The notes: generated from the letters alone by a model not told the origin. Shown: positions 9,059-16,628, numbered from the stretch's first letter. The stretch: DNA of 32,000 bases from Thalassolituus hydrocarboniclasticus (GCF_025345565.1 NZ_CP054475.1:1300448-1332447); one strand, 5' to 3'. Program-made: numbers and translations.

Positions 9059-10297
9059 TTACTCCCAGACCGGGAATGGGTCGGGCAGTTGTTGCCAGAG
9101 CTCTTGCCCGGCCAGCAGTTCGTCGTCGTTCAGCAGGCAGGCGTCCAGCTGCTGGTGGACGTCCTGTTGGTTGAGGCCCTGACCAATAAACACCAGCTCC
9201 TGGCGCATATCACCAAAAGGCTCCACCCATTTTTCGCGGATATAGGCGAGGGATTCTTCATCCTGTGGCCAGCGCTCATCGGGTACGGCTTTCCAGAACA
9301 TGCCGGCAAAACCATGGTGGGCAATTCCGCCAGCCTGACTCCATTGACCGGCAAATTGCGGGCGGCTGGCCAGCCAGAAATAGCCTTTGGAGCGCAGCAG
9401 CTTGCCGTCTGGCCAGTTCTGATGCAGAAAATCCCAGAATTTTTGCGGATGAAAGGGTTTGCGCGCACGGTACACAAAACTGCCGATACCGTATTCCTCG
9501 GTTTCCGGATGATGCTCGCCGCGTAATTCCTGCAGCCAGCCCGGTGCCTGAGCGGCCTGATCAAAATCAAAACTGCCGGTGCTCAGTACTTTATCCAGCG
9601 GCGCATTGCCTTTAACCATCGGGATCTGTTCAGCGCGTGGATTCAGGCTGTGCAGAATGGCCTGCAGGCGCTGCAGCTGCTCCGCGCTGACCAGATCGGT
9701 TTTGCTGATCAACAGCTTGTCGCAGAATTCAATCTGATCAATCAGCAGGTCGCTGACACTGCGCTGGTCGTCCTCACCCAAGGATTCACCGCTTTCCTGC
9801 AAGGAACGGGCAGCGTCAAAATCCTGCAGAAAATTCACCGCATCCACCACCGTGACCATCGTATCCAGACGGGCAATATCCGACAGGCTGACGCCATCTT
9901 CATCGGCGAAGGTAAAGGTTTCAGCCACCGGCAGCGGCTCGGCGATGCCGGTGGATTCAATCACCAGATAATCAAAGCGCCCGGCTTCCGCCAGTTGGCG
10001 TACCTCAATTAACAGGTCTTCGCGCAGGGTGCAGCAAATGCAGCCGTTGCTCATTTCCACCAGTTTTTCTTCACCGCGCTTCAGCTCAACTTCGTCTTTT
10101 ACGAAGGCAGCATCGATATTCACCTCGCTCATATCATTCACAATCACCGCCACCCGACGGTTATCGCGGTTATGCAGAATATGATTGAGCAGGGTGGTTT
10201 TACCGGCACCGAGAAAGCCAGACAGCACGGTAACCGGCAGGCGGGTATCGGCCATCGCCGGAGTTGCCCTTTCAGGGCTGCTTGCAGGAGCGTTCAT
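9059..10297 (-). CDS. COG0523 / CobW-family GTPase, zinc metallochaperone type (ZigA/YeiR-like), 412 aa
   Basis: Walker [13 protein letters not shown], metal-binding motif GCICCTL, CobW C-terminal region. A Zur box lies 32 nt upstream of the start. Confidence 0.88.
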   Translation of the reverse strand: MNAPASSPERATPAMADTRLPVTVLSGFLGAGKTTLLNHILHNRDNRRVAVIVNDMSEVNIDAAFVKDEVELKRGEEKLVEMSNGCICCTLREDLLIEVRQLAEAGRFDYLVIESTGIAEPLPVAETFTFADEDGVSLSDIARLDTMVTVVDAVNFLQDFDAARSLQESGESLGEDDQRSVSDLLIDQIEFCDKLLISKTDLVSAEQLQRLQAILHSLNPRAEQIPMVKGNAPLDKVLSTGSFDFDQAAQAPGWLQELRGEHHPETEEYGIGSFVYRARKPFHPQKFWDFLHQNWPDGKLLRSKGYFWLASRPQFAGQWSQAGGIAHHGFAGMFWKAVPDERWPQDEESLAYIREKWVEPFGDMRQELVFIGQGLNQQDVHQQLDACLLNDDELLAGQELWQQLPDPFPVWE

Positions 10298-10328
10298 AAA
10301 ATCCTCTCGTGGCTGGTTTGTATTGAAT

Positions 10329-10343
10329 TGTTATAACATAACA
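10329..10343. promoter_or_regulatory. Zur box upstream of the COG0523 GTPase gene
   Basis: TGTTATAACATAACA is one mismatch from TGTTATAWTATAACA. Confidence 0.7.
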
Positions 10344-10482
10344 CTTAAGGTGAGACAGAAGCAAGAATGGGGACAAGTCTGCGCAGCTGTTGCAGGCCGG
10401 AAGAGGAGGGGAAAATCCGCACAGGTTGCCGCTCTGAGGTCACTGGGCTGTTGGCATTAAAACCGTTATCCTTGCGTTCTTT

Positions 10483-11184
10483 ATGTTTAACGCGGATTTA
10501 ACCCACATGGCTTTTGTAAAACAGCACATAGATTGGATTTTATTTATTCTTCTGGCCGCAGTGTTTATCGCGTTTCCGCAGATTGATCTGAGCGTCAGCC
10601 GCTGGTTTTACGACGCAGAACAAGGCCGCTGGCCGCTGGCCAACCACCCGATCAGCGAGTCGGTGTATGCGTTATTCCGTTATGTTCCCTATGTGCTGGT
10701 GCCGGTTTTACTGATTGCCGTGGCGCTGACCTTTGTAAAAGGCGGCATTGCGCAGGCGCAGCGTAAAGCCTGGGTATTTATTCTGGTGTCGTTGCTGGCG
10801 GGCCCCGGCATTCTGGTGCATACCGTATTTAAAGAAGGTTTTGAGCGGGCGCGGCCAAAGCAGGTGCAGGAATTTGGTGGCCACAGTGGTTTTACACCGG
10901 CCTTTGTGATTTCAGACCAGTGTGCAAAAAAATGTAAATCTTTCGTTAGCGGACATGCGGCGATGGGGTTCTGGCTGATGGCGTTCGCCTGGGTTTTCCG
11001 TCGCCGCAGCTGGTTCTGGGCTGGTATGGCGGTGGGAATTGTGGTCAGCGCCGGACGTATTGTGCAGGGCGGACACTTTTTAAGTGATACGATTTTTGCC
11101 GGTTTTGTCTGCTATTTTACCTACCGGCTGATGAGCTACTGGATTCTGGGTTACAGCCGGATTCAGGACGATAAAAAAGCCTGA
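10483..11184 (+). CDS. PAP2-family membrane phosphatase (lipid phosphate or lipid A phosphatase-like), 233 aa
   Basis: All three PAP2 motifs are present: KEGFERARP (K-x6-RP), VSGH, and GRIVQGGHFLSD (R-x5-H-x3-D). Several TM helices. Confidence 0.85.
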   Translation: MFNADLTHMAFVKQHIDWILFILLAAVFIAFPQIDLSVSRWFYDAEQGRWPLANHPISESVYALFRYVPYVLVPVLLIAVALTFVKGGIAQAQRKAWVFILVSLLAGPGILVHTVFKEGFERARPKQVQEFGGHSGFTPAFVISDQCAKKCKSFVSGHAAMGFWLMAFAWVFRRRSWFWAGMAVGIVVSAGRIVQGGHFLSDTIFAGFVCYFTYRLMSYWILGYSRIQDDKKA

Positions 11185-11196
11185 GAAAACTTCTGA

Positions 11197-11817
11197 TTAT
11201 TTTCTGGCAACAATAAACACAGACTGTGCTGCCGGTTGCCAGAGATGATCGATACTGAAGCCTGCCTGATTCAGTTTTTCCACTAACTCCGTTTTATTAA
11301 AACGATGTACAAAGGGCGCCAGACTCAGCATCTGCATCAGCGGAATCAGCATACGCACGAAGGGGTTCATTTCCTTCACCAGCGCTGTGCTGGTAATAAA
11401 TACACCGCCTGGCTTTAACGCCTTATAACTGATAGCGATGGCGGAATCCGGATCTTCCAGCAGGTGCAGGATATTCAGCCCCAGCACGGCGTCAAAGCTG
11501 GCCGATGGTGGATTAATACTTTCCAGCGTTCCCTGCTGAAAACGGATATTACCGATGCCCGCGTCTTTGGCTTTTTGTGCCGCAATGGCCAGCATATTGT
11601 CGGAAATATCCGTTGCCAGAACCTCTTTAACATACGGCGCATGAACCATCGCGGTGCTGCCGGTACCGCAGCCAAACTCCAGCACCGACCAGTCGGGTTG
11701 CAGATATTTTTCGGTGATATCCAGCTTCTTACGGTAGGCCGCTTCATCCTGAATCCGGCTTTTGGCATAGCGCTGTGCACTGTTATCCCAGAATGTCTTT
11801 GAATCCTTCATCGCCAT
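11197..11817 (-). CDS. Class I SAM-dependent methyltransferase, 206 aa
   Basis: Motif I VLEFGCGTGS with a downstream acidic residue (ATDIS), and post-I/II motifs (LGLNILHLL, LKPGGVF). Confidence 0.8.
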   Translation of the reverse strand: MAMKDSKTFWDNSAQRYAKSRIQDEAAYRKKLDITEKYLQPDWSVLEFGCGTGSTAMVHAPYVKEVLATDISDNMLAIAAQKAKDAGIGNIRFQQGTLESINPPSASFDAVLGLNILHLLEDPDSAIAISYKALKPGGVFITSTALVKEMNPFVRMLIPLMQMLSLAPFVHRFNKTELVEKLNQAGFSIDHLWQPAAQSVFIVARK

Positions 11818-11839
11818 CTCCTTTGCTTACCTGTGCGGA

Positions 11840-12334
11840 TTACGCCGTAAAGTGCAGCAGTAATTCAGTGTGTCCGGTATGACTGTCGGTTTGTTCCCGG
11901 ACCAGTGTAAAGCCCTGACTCCGGTAAAAACGACAGCTGGGTTCGTTGGCTTTATATACCGTAAGATGCAGCTCATTGCGCTGCTGTTTGGCGTGATTTA
12001 ATAATTGTTTACCAATGCCCCGACCCTGATGCTGCGGAGCAACAAAGATGGCAGCCAGCGTGTTGTTATGCAGAGCATAAAAACCGACAGCCTGTGCATT
12101 CAGCTCAAATACCCAGACATCGGAGTTGGGTAAATACACATCGCGCATATTATCCAGCTGAGACTGCCAGAATGATGGCTCAATAAAATCATGGGCTTTA
12201 ACGGACGCATCCAGCCAGACTGTCAGTATTGCGTCGATATCACTGCGGGCAGTCTGTGTGTCTGCGCCGGGTGGGGGCAGCGTAGCGGGGGAGGTTGTGG
12301 TATTCAGACGGATACCGGCAGCGGGTCTGATCAT
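11840..12334 (-). CDS. GNAT-family N-acetyltransferase, 164 aa (start uncertain)
   Basis: Acetyl-CoA binding motif QHQGRGIGKQLL followed by the RFYRSQGF motif. The N-terminal ~30 aa are low-complexity (TTTSPATLPPPG). Confidence 0.8.
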   Translation of the reverse strand: MIRPAAGIRLNTTTSPATLPPPGADTQTARSDIDAILTVWLDASVKAHDFIEPSFWQSQLDNMRDVYLPNSDVWVFELNAQAVGFYALHNNTLAAIFVAPQHQGRGIGKQLLNHAKQQRNELHLTVYKANEPSCRFYRSQGFTLVREQTDSHTGHTELLLHFTA

Positions 12335-12351
12335 AATTATCCGGGGCTAAA

Positions 12352-12405
12352 TTTTAACAACAAAGATAGTTTTAACAACAAAGATAGTTTTAACAACAAA
12401 GAGGG
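12352..12405. repeat. Tandem repeat, 18-bp unit TTTTAACAACAAAGATAG, 3 copies (the third is 16/18)
   Basis: Units at 12352-12369, 12370-12387 and 12388-12405. They fill the 72-nt gap between the stop of the 135-aa gene (12407) and the GNAT start (12334). Confidence 0.95.
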
Positions 12406-12406
12406 T

Positions 12407-12814
12407 TCAGGGCATATCAAGGCAACTGAAGCTGTCTGGCAGAATCTGCTGCTGATTATCGCGCTCAAATTTTAAAAATCGTGTGGAACATTCCTGATTC
12501 TGCCAGGGTTTGCAGCTGGAAACCGACAGCGTACAGACTCCGTTATAACAACCGTAAATCAGGCGGTTTCTGCTGGTTGTATTATTCATTTCCAGCAGCG
12601 AGGCAATAACAGCTCCCACTGTGGTAACCGGGCTGCCTTCGCAGGCGTAATGCTCTGCGGCAATTTCCGTGCTGGCATAGCGCATCACATTTTCCAGTAA
12701 TGGCTGTTGGTCTGCCGCCACCGGACTTTGGTGATAGGAACAGACCCAGGCGCTGAATAAGCCAGTGGCCGTTCCCAGCAGGAAAACAGTAATAACCAGT
12801 GCTGTACGTTTCAT
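12407..12814 (-). CDS. Hypothetical secreted or membrane-anchored Cys-rich protein, 135 aa
   Basis: N-terminal hydrophobic signal MKRTALVITVFLLGTATGLFSAWV. Eight further Cys residues. No recognisable family. Confidence 0.55.
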   Translation of the reverse strand: MKRTALVITVFLLGTATGLFSAWVCSYHQSPVAADQQPLLENVMRYASTEIAAEHYACEGSPVTTVGAVIASLLEMNNTTSRNRLIYGCYNGVCTLSVSSCKPWQNQECSTRFLKFERDNQQQILPDSFSCLDMP

Positions 12815-12829
12815 CGCATCACTTTCCGC

Positions 12830-13066
12830 TTATAAACCGGCTTTGGCCCGTTCAATCGCGGCATTGATCGCCGCTTTCGCTTGTGGGCTGTTTTTCCAGC
12901 AGGTGGTTCTCAGCATCTGAGCTACTCTCTCGGCGATATCTTCAGCGTTGTAAGCGGCCAGCTCAACCAGCGAACTGATACCAATTTCCTCAAAGCGTTT
13001 GATCACGGTTGGGCCGACGCCTTTTACTGCCAGCAGGGCTTCTTTTTCAGATTCAGAAAATTTCAT
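12830..13066 (-). CDS. Small helix-hairpin-helix domain protein (Cdd1 / 'pathogenicity locus'-type HhH), 78 aa
   Basis: LLAVKGVGPTVIKRFEEIGISSLVELAAYNAEDIAERV resembles an HhH (GhG) motif. Family assignment is from memory only. Confidence 0.5.
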   Translation of the reverse strand: MKFSESEKEALLAVKGVGPTVIKRFEEIGISSLVELAAYNAEDIAERVAQMLRTTCWKNSPQAKAAINAAIERAKAGL

Positions 13067-13119
13067 AGATTGCTTTATTTTAAGGGGGGCATTCGGACTT
13101 GGTAGTTTTCTCGGTAAAA

Positions 13120-13280
13120 ATCAAAGTCTTTCTTAGCTGAGTTATTTTTGGGATTGGACACCTCGTCGGTTTAAATTTGGTGTCCGTTAAAGCGGGGAAA
13201 GATCAAGGTCTTTCTTGGCTGAATATATTTTGGCATTGGACACCTCGTCAGTTTGACTTTGGTGTCCGTTAAAGCGGGGG
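13120..13280. repeat. Two tandem ~80-bp direct repeats (period 82 bp), each with an internal hairpin GGACACC-N16-GGTGTCC
   Basis: Copy 1 is 13120-13197 and copy 2 is 13202-13280. Shared blocks are ATCAA(A/G)GTCTTTCTT(A/G)GCTGA ... ATTGGACACCTCGTC(G/A)GTTT(A/G)A(A/C)TTTGGTGTCCGTTAAAGCGGGG. Hairpin arms are 13156-13162/13179-13185 and 13238-13244/13261-13267. Confidence 0.9.
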
Positions 13281-13631
13281 AAGCTCAGGGCGAACACGCC
13301 TGCGCTTGTTAGGTGCTTTTTGTTTAATTAACGGATTTTGAATCATAGCACTTTGCCAAATTAAAGACTTGAACTGGAATAATGTTTTATGATTTTTAAT
13401 CAGGGCCCAATGCAACAACATTTAACTACCTTTGTTTTATTAAAACCACTTGCACAAAGAACATGACCAATCTTCATTGCTCGCTTCAGCGAGCTGCTTT
13501 TAATCTTGGGTTTATCAGGTTTTCCTGAAATTGTATTTTCCATTCTTTGATTAAATACTAATTATCAAATCCCTTCTCTTTTTTCCTCTTTCCGCCTAAC
13601 GCCTGCATTTGCGGTTTGGGTGAAATGGCGG

Positions 13632-13657
13632 CTGTTTTGCATTTTTTTGCAAAACAG
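13632..13657. other. Perfect 10-bp stem-loop downstream of the TM-TPR gene
   Basis: CTGTTTTGCA-TTTTTT-TGCAAAACAG lies 36 nt beyond the stop at 13693. No U-tract follows on either strand, so it is not a canonical intrinsic terminator. Confidence 0.5.
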
Positions 13658-13692
13658 GTGACAGTTTACCCAAATCCGGCAAGATGCACTTG

Positions 13693-15306
13693 TTAGGCAT
13701 TTTTTCTTGATAGAAACAATGAAAAATCATCATTTACCTTTGACGCCATCAAAGTTAATTTACTTCCGCCATCAGAAACAAAACCTATGCATGTATTGCT
13801 GGTGTTTCCAGCCAATCCAAGCAGGGTATTTGGGCTATCTCCAATCAATTTTTTTGTATATTGGCCCGAGAATGAAGAGCCAGAAACGCTGCCAATCAAC
13901 TTAACAGAATACTTGCTTACTCCAAGCGCTGAAGCTGGCTCTTCCCAAGACGCCTCTAACTTATGGTTACTTACTACAACTTTTGTCTGAGTTACGCCCT
14001 TAACAAACCATTCTCCCTCAAGCTCTTTAGGATTACCCAGATAATATTGCTCAATATAAGAACGAATTAGTTTCTGACGGCTGAGTGATTTTTTACTCAA
14101 TTTTTCCCACTTTTCTCTCTGCTCTTCTTTCTTTTCATTAATGGCAGTGATTAATCTATATACATTTTTATGCGTATCATCTGACTCTAATGCCTTTTTG
14201 GCAATTTCTTCTGCCTCTTCGGTAAAACCTGCATCTAATAGCAAATACCCTTGATTGGCCATTGCTAAAGTATTTTCATAACTGGCAGCTTTCTTATAGT
14301 TATCAATAGCTTTAATTTTCAAGCCAGCTTCTTGAGCACGCACACCCAGATTGTTTAATGCTGTAGAATTTTCACTATCAATTCTAATTAGTCTTAGGTA
14401 GTTGCTTATTGATATATCATCGATATCTTCATTGCTTGCTGCATAAGCAGAATTAAATAACTCGTCTCGATTATTGGGATCAAATTCCAAAGATTTATCT
14501 TTGCAATAGATAGAAATGGTTTTGTTACCTAGAGATTCTTCAATTTTAGAAAGGGCTTCATAAATTTTTGCCTTTTGATTTTCCTCTTCAACCTTTAACA
14601 AACGACTAATTAATAACTCTCGTGCTTGAACTGGATCATTATCTTTATTCATTGCATGGGCTAAGTTTACTTTAGCTTCTGTAATCAAAGGCTCTGATTT
14701 AAATTCGTTTGCTGCTTTTTCCCAAATCTGGACTTCCTTATTGTATTGCATACTGTCACTTAAACAGAATGAAAGCCATGTTAAGCTATTTAGCTTTGAT
14801 TCCTCGGTCTTTGCTGTACGCGCCAACTCTTCTAGCTCAAGAATTGCCGCGTTGTCCTTACCTTTCTCAAACTTAAAGAAAAGATAAATCGCCTTATTTT
14901 CCTCTAACTTAACTTCATCTTTTTCTTCCAATGCATACTTTTTAAAAACCTTTTCGGCTGCGTCTAAATCCCCATTTTCAAATGCAGTGTGCATCTCTGA
15001 AAACCAGCCTTCCTCCTTGGCCTTTTCTTCTTTTTCCGTCTCTTCATCATGGTCTATCGGCTTTTCATCAGCATTCGATAACTTAACTACTTTCTCGTCG
15101 CTTCCATTTATTGGCGCGACAGCGTTCATCCCAATCTCGGAATCGCCGTTCCTGAAAGAAAAAGAAGTTAGCCTAGAAATAAAATCAGAGATAGCATCTC
15201 TGCAAATTATTAATAGCACTAAAAACAAAAGGCTGACCATATTTTCAGATAAAAATCCAGTTATTATCTGCGTTATTTCTAGTGCGGTATTTGGTGTGTC
15301 AGACAT
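13693..15306 (-). CDS. Hypothetical membrane-anchored TPR-like repeat protein with a beta-rich C-terminal domain, 537 aa
   Basis: Uninterrupted 537-codon ORF in AT-rich DNA. One N-terminal TM helix (MVSLLFLVLLIIC), an acidic linker (DHDEETEKEEKAKEE), and helical repeats with TPR-like A/Y/L spacing (e.g. ALNNLGVRAQEAGLKIKAIDNYKKAA, LAMANQGYLLLDAGFTEEAEEIAKKAL). The C-terminal ~110 aa are Ser/Gly/beta-rich. AAGGTG lies 13 nt upstream of the ATG. Confidence 0.7.
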   Translation of the reverse strand: MSDTPNTALEITQIITGFLSENMVSLLFLVLLIICRDAISDFISRLTSFSFRNGDSEIGMNAVAPINGSDEKVVKLSNADEKPIDHDEETEKEEKAKEEGWFSEMHTAFENGDLDAAEKVFKKYALEEKDEVKLEENKAIYLFFKFEKGKDNAAILELEELARTAKTEESKLNSLTWLSFCLSDSMQYNKEVQIWEKAANEFKSEPLITEAKVNLAHAMNKDNDPVQARELLISRLLKVEEENQKAKIYEALSKIEESLGNKTISIYCKDKSLEFDPNNRDELFNSAYAASNEDIDDISISNYLRLIRIDSENSTALNNLGVRAQEAGLKIKAIDNYKKAASYENTLAMANQGYLLLDAGFTEEAEEIAKKALESDDTHKNVYRLITAINEKKEEQREKWEKLSKKSLSRQKLIRSYIEQYYLGNPKELEGEWFVKGVTQTKVVVSNHKLEASWEEPASALGVSKYSVKLIGSVSGSSFSGQYTKKLIGDSPNTLLGLAGNTSNTCIGFVSDGGSKLTLMASKVNDDFSLFLSRKNA

Positions 15307-16184
15307 GAATTATATTTATCACCTTGTAAGCCTAACAGTTTCTTAGTAGGCATGCTCATTAACACACCTAAGCCCTTATTCAGATTTCCAGCCTAACCTA
15401 TTGTCCGGGCTGTAGAAATCATCGTTATTTTCTTTCTTGTCAGGATATAAACGTGCATGCGCGCTTTTACCCTGAGTCGCTCTTTACACTTTGCGCGTTA
15501 TCACTTTTCGTAAAAGCCTAAATGATTGATTTTCTTCCATTCATTCTGGGCCGAAGGCGTCAATCCGCGCATGCGCGTTTTGCTGCCGGAGCGTAAACGC
15601 GCATCAGATTGTACAAAAAGTAAAATATACGGGTTGTTTGTACATGATCTTTCTCTGGTCATTTTCAGTGCTTTTCCGGCAGTGAAAATCGTTCTGGTCT
15701 GCTTGTATTCCAGACACGCTGCCGCCCGTCCTTATATACGCAGGGCAGGAATGGCGTGGTTTATCATTCGGGATTGAAGCGGGGAGGGCGTGTGTCCGGA
15801 CGGTGTGTTCGTACGATATGGCGGCATCCCTGCTGTGGTTCGAGAGTACTGAAATTCGGGGTTGGGTTCAATAATTGATAAAACTGGTTACAAGTGGCAA
15901 ATGACGACAGGTATTGCTTTGGCTCTTCTTGATAATGAAAGCTGTGATCTGGTGGGCAGTGCCCACCCTACATATCAATACGAACGTATGGCAGCTTCTG
16001 TCACGGATAAGATCCGCTCCCACAATACATTGCCTGCTTTGAAATGTGGCTTTGCATCATGGTTTGTGCGCCTGCGTTGGGCCAAAGGCGCTTATATCAC
16101 TGTGCGAAGTTTCCTTTCAGAAAATACCCTGTCTGCCCTGAAAAGCCGCGTTGCGTCTGAATAAACGCGGCATTTGTGCGTTGC

Positions 16185-16310
16185 CAGCCAACCAGGCAGC
16201 CAATCCGGTGGAAAGCACGACCCGGCCCGGAGCTTCTTCTACTAAGGGTTTTAGGCTCTAAGCTCCGGGCGAATTGTTGTGCGGGCCGGATTGGCCACGC
16301 AGTTGGCTGA
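16185..16310. repeat. 126-bp nested palindromic element (MITE-like or a long structured hairpin)
   Basis: Outer arms are CAGCCAAC-caggca-GCCAATCCGG (16185-16208) and CCGGATTGGC-cacgca-GTTGGCTG (16287-16310), giving 8 + 10 bp of pairing around a 6x6 internal loop. The inner stem is GCCCGGAGCTT (16225-16235) with AAGCTCCGGGC (16260-16270), 11 bp. Confidence 0.8.
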
Positions 16311-16389
16311 ACAGCACCGCACAGCCGCAAGAGAGGATCGGAAGGAGATACTTCTCCTTGCATGGGGGCGCAGGGGGCGGAGCACCCGC

Positions 16390-16490
16390 AAAGGCCTAAA
16401 CGAGATTAAAAAAACCACCCCGCGTAGCGGCTACTCAACCGGCCCCGAAAAGGCCTCAAAGAGACTAAAAAAACCAGCCCGCGCAGCGGC
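16390..16490. repeat. Two imperfect direct repeats (period 59 bp). On the minus strand each reads as a mini-hairpin plus T7 tract, so they are terminator-like modules.
   Basis: AAAGGCCTAAACGAGATTAAAAAAACCACCCCGCGTAGCGGC (16390-16431) versus AAAGGCCTCAAAGAGACTAAAAAAACCAGCCCGCGCAGCGGC (16449-16490). The minus strand reads CCGC-TAC-GCGG..TTTTTTT and CCGC-TGC-GCGG..TTTTTTT. Confidence 0.8.
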
Positions 16491-16594
16491 CAAAAACAAA
16501 CCGGATATCGCGACTGAAAGTCGCTCCTGCTGAAAATAGCTCCTACTGCCGTTGACCCTGTAGTCGCCGTACTCTCCATCACAATAAACAGCCA

Positions 16595-16628
16595 TAAAAA
16601 AACTCCGGGCAAAACCCGGAGTTTTTTA
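16595..16628. terminator. Bidirectional Rho-independent terminator that ends katG on the minus strand
   Basis: AAAAAAA-CTCCGGG-CAAAA-CCCGGAG-TTTTTT has a 7-bp GC-rich stem flanked by an A-run and a T-run. Confidence 0.85.

Larger units (their letters stand above)
13315..15445. other. Sharply AT-rich segment, a probable horizontally acquired insert carrying one gene
   Basis: By eye, base composition switches from GC-rich to strongly AT-rich near 13315 and back near 15445. This was not computed. No integrase, transposase or tRNA was found at either border. Confidence 0.7.

Noticed and set aside
10329-10483. The PAP2 phosphatase gene as a Zur target sharing the 10329-10343 box
   Set aside because: The box is 140 nt from the PAP2 start but 32 nt from the COG0523 start. 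A shared divergent promoter is possible but unsupported.
13400-13543. A 47-aa minus-strand ORF (MENTISGKPDKPKIKSSSLKRAMKIGHVLCASGFNKTKVVKCCCIGP) downstream of the TM-TPR gene
   Set aside because: It is below the ORF-track threshold, has a weak RBS, contains an internal 6-bp hairpin (13479-13494), and has no recognisable family. It could be real, but I cannot support it.
15836-15880. A tRNA or tRNA fragment as an integration site (GGTTCGAG and GGGTTCAATAA resemble T-loops)
   Set aside because: No complementary T-stem, acceptor stem or anticodon arm can be drawn around either motif.
16100-16600. A known housekeeping ncRNA (RNase P RNA, 4.5S/SRP RNA, 6S RNA, tmRNA) or a group II intron domain V in the structured tract
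   Set aside because: None of the conserved core strings I remember are present. These include GGAAAGTCCGGGC for RNase P, the GGAAGCAGCCAAGG-type core for SRP, and the tmRNA tag region. There is no intron-encoded protein. This needs Rfam to exclude formally.
15526-16612. Five short ORFs (15526-15777, 15862-16164, 16097-16363, 16279-16533, 16406-16612) as genes
   Set aside because: They overlap one another, lack RBS sequences, show junk-like composition, and run through palindromes and repeats. I treat the region as noncoding (see findings).
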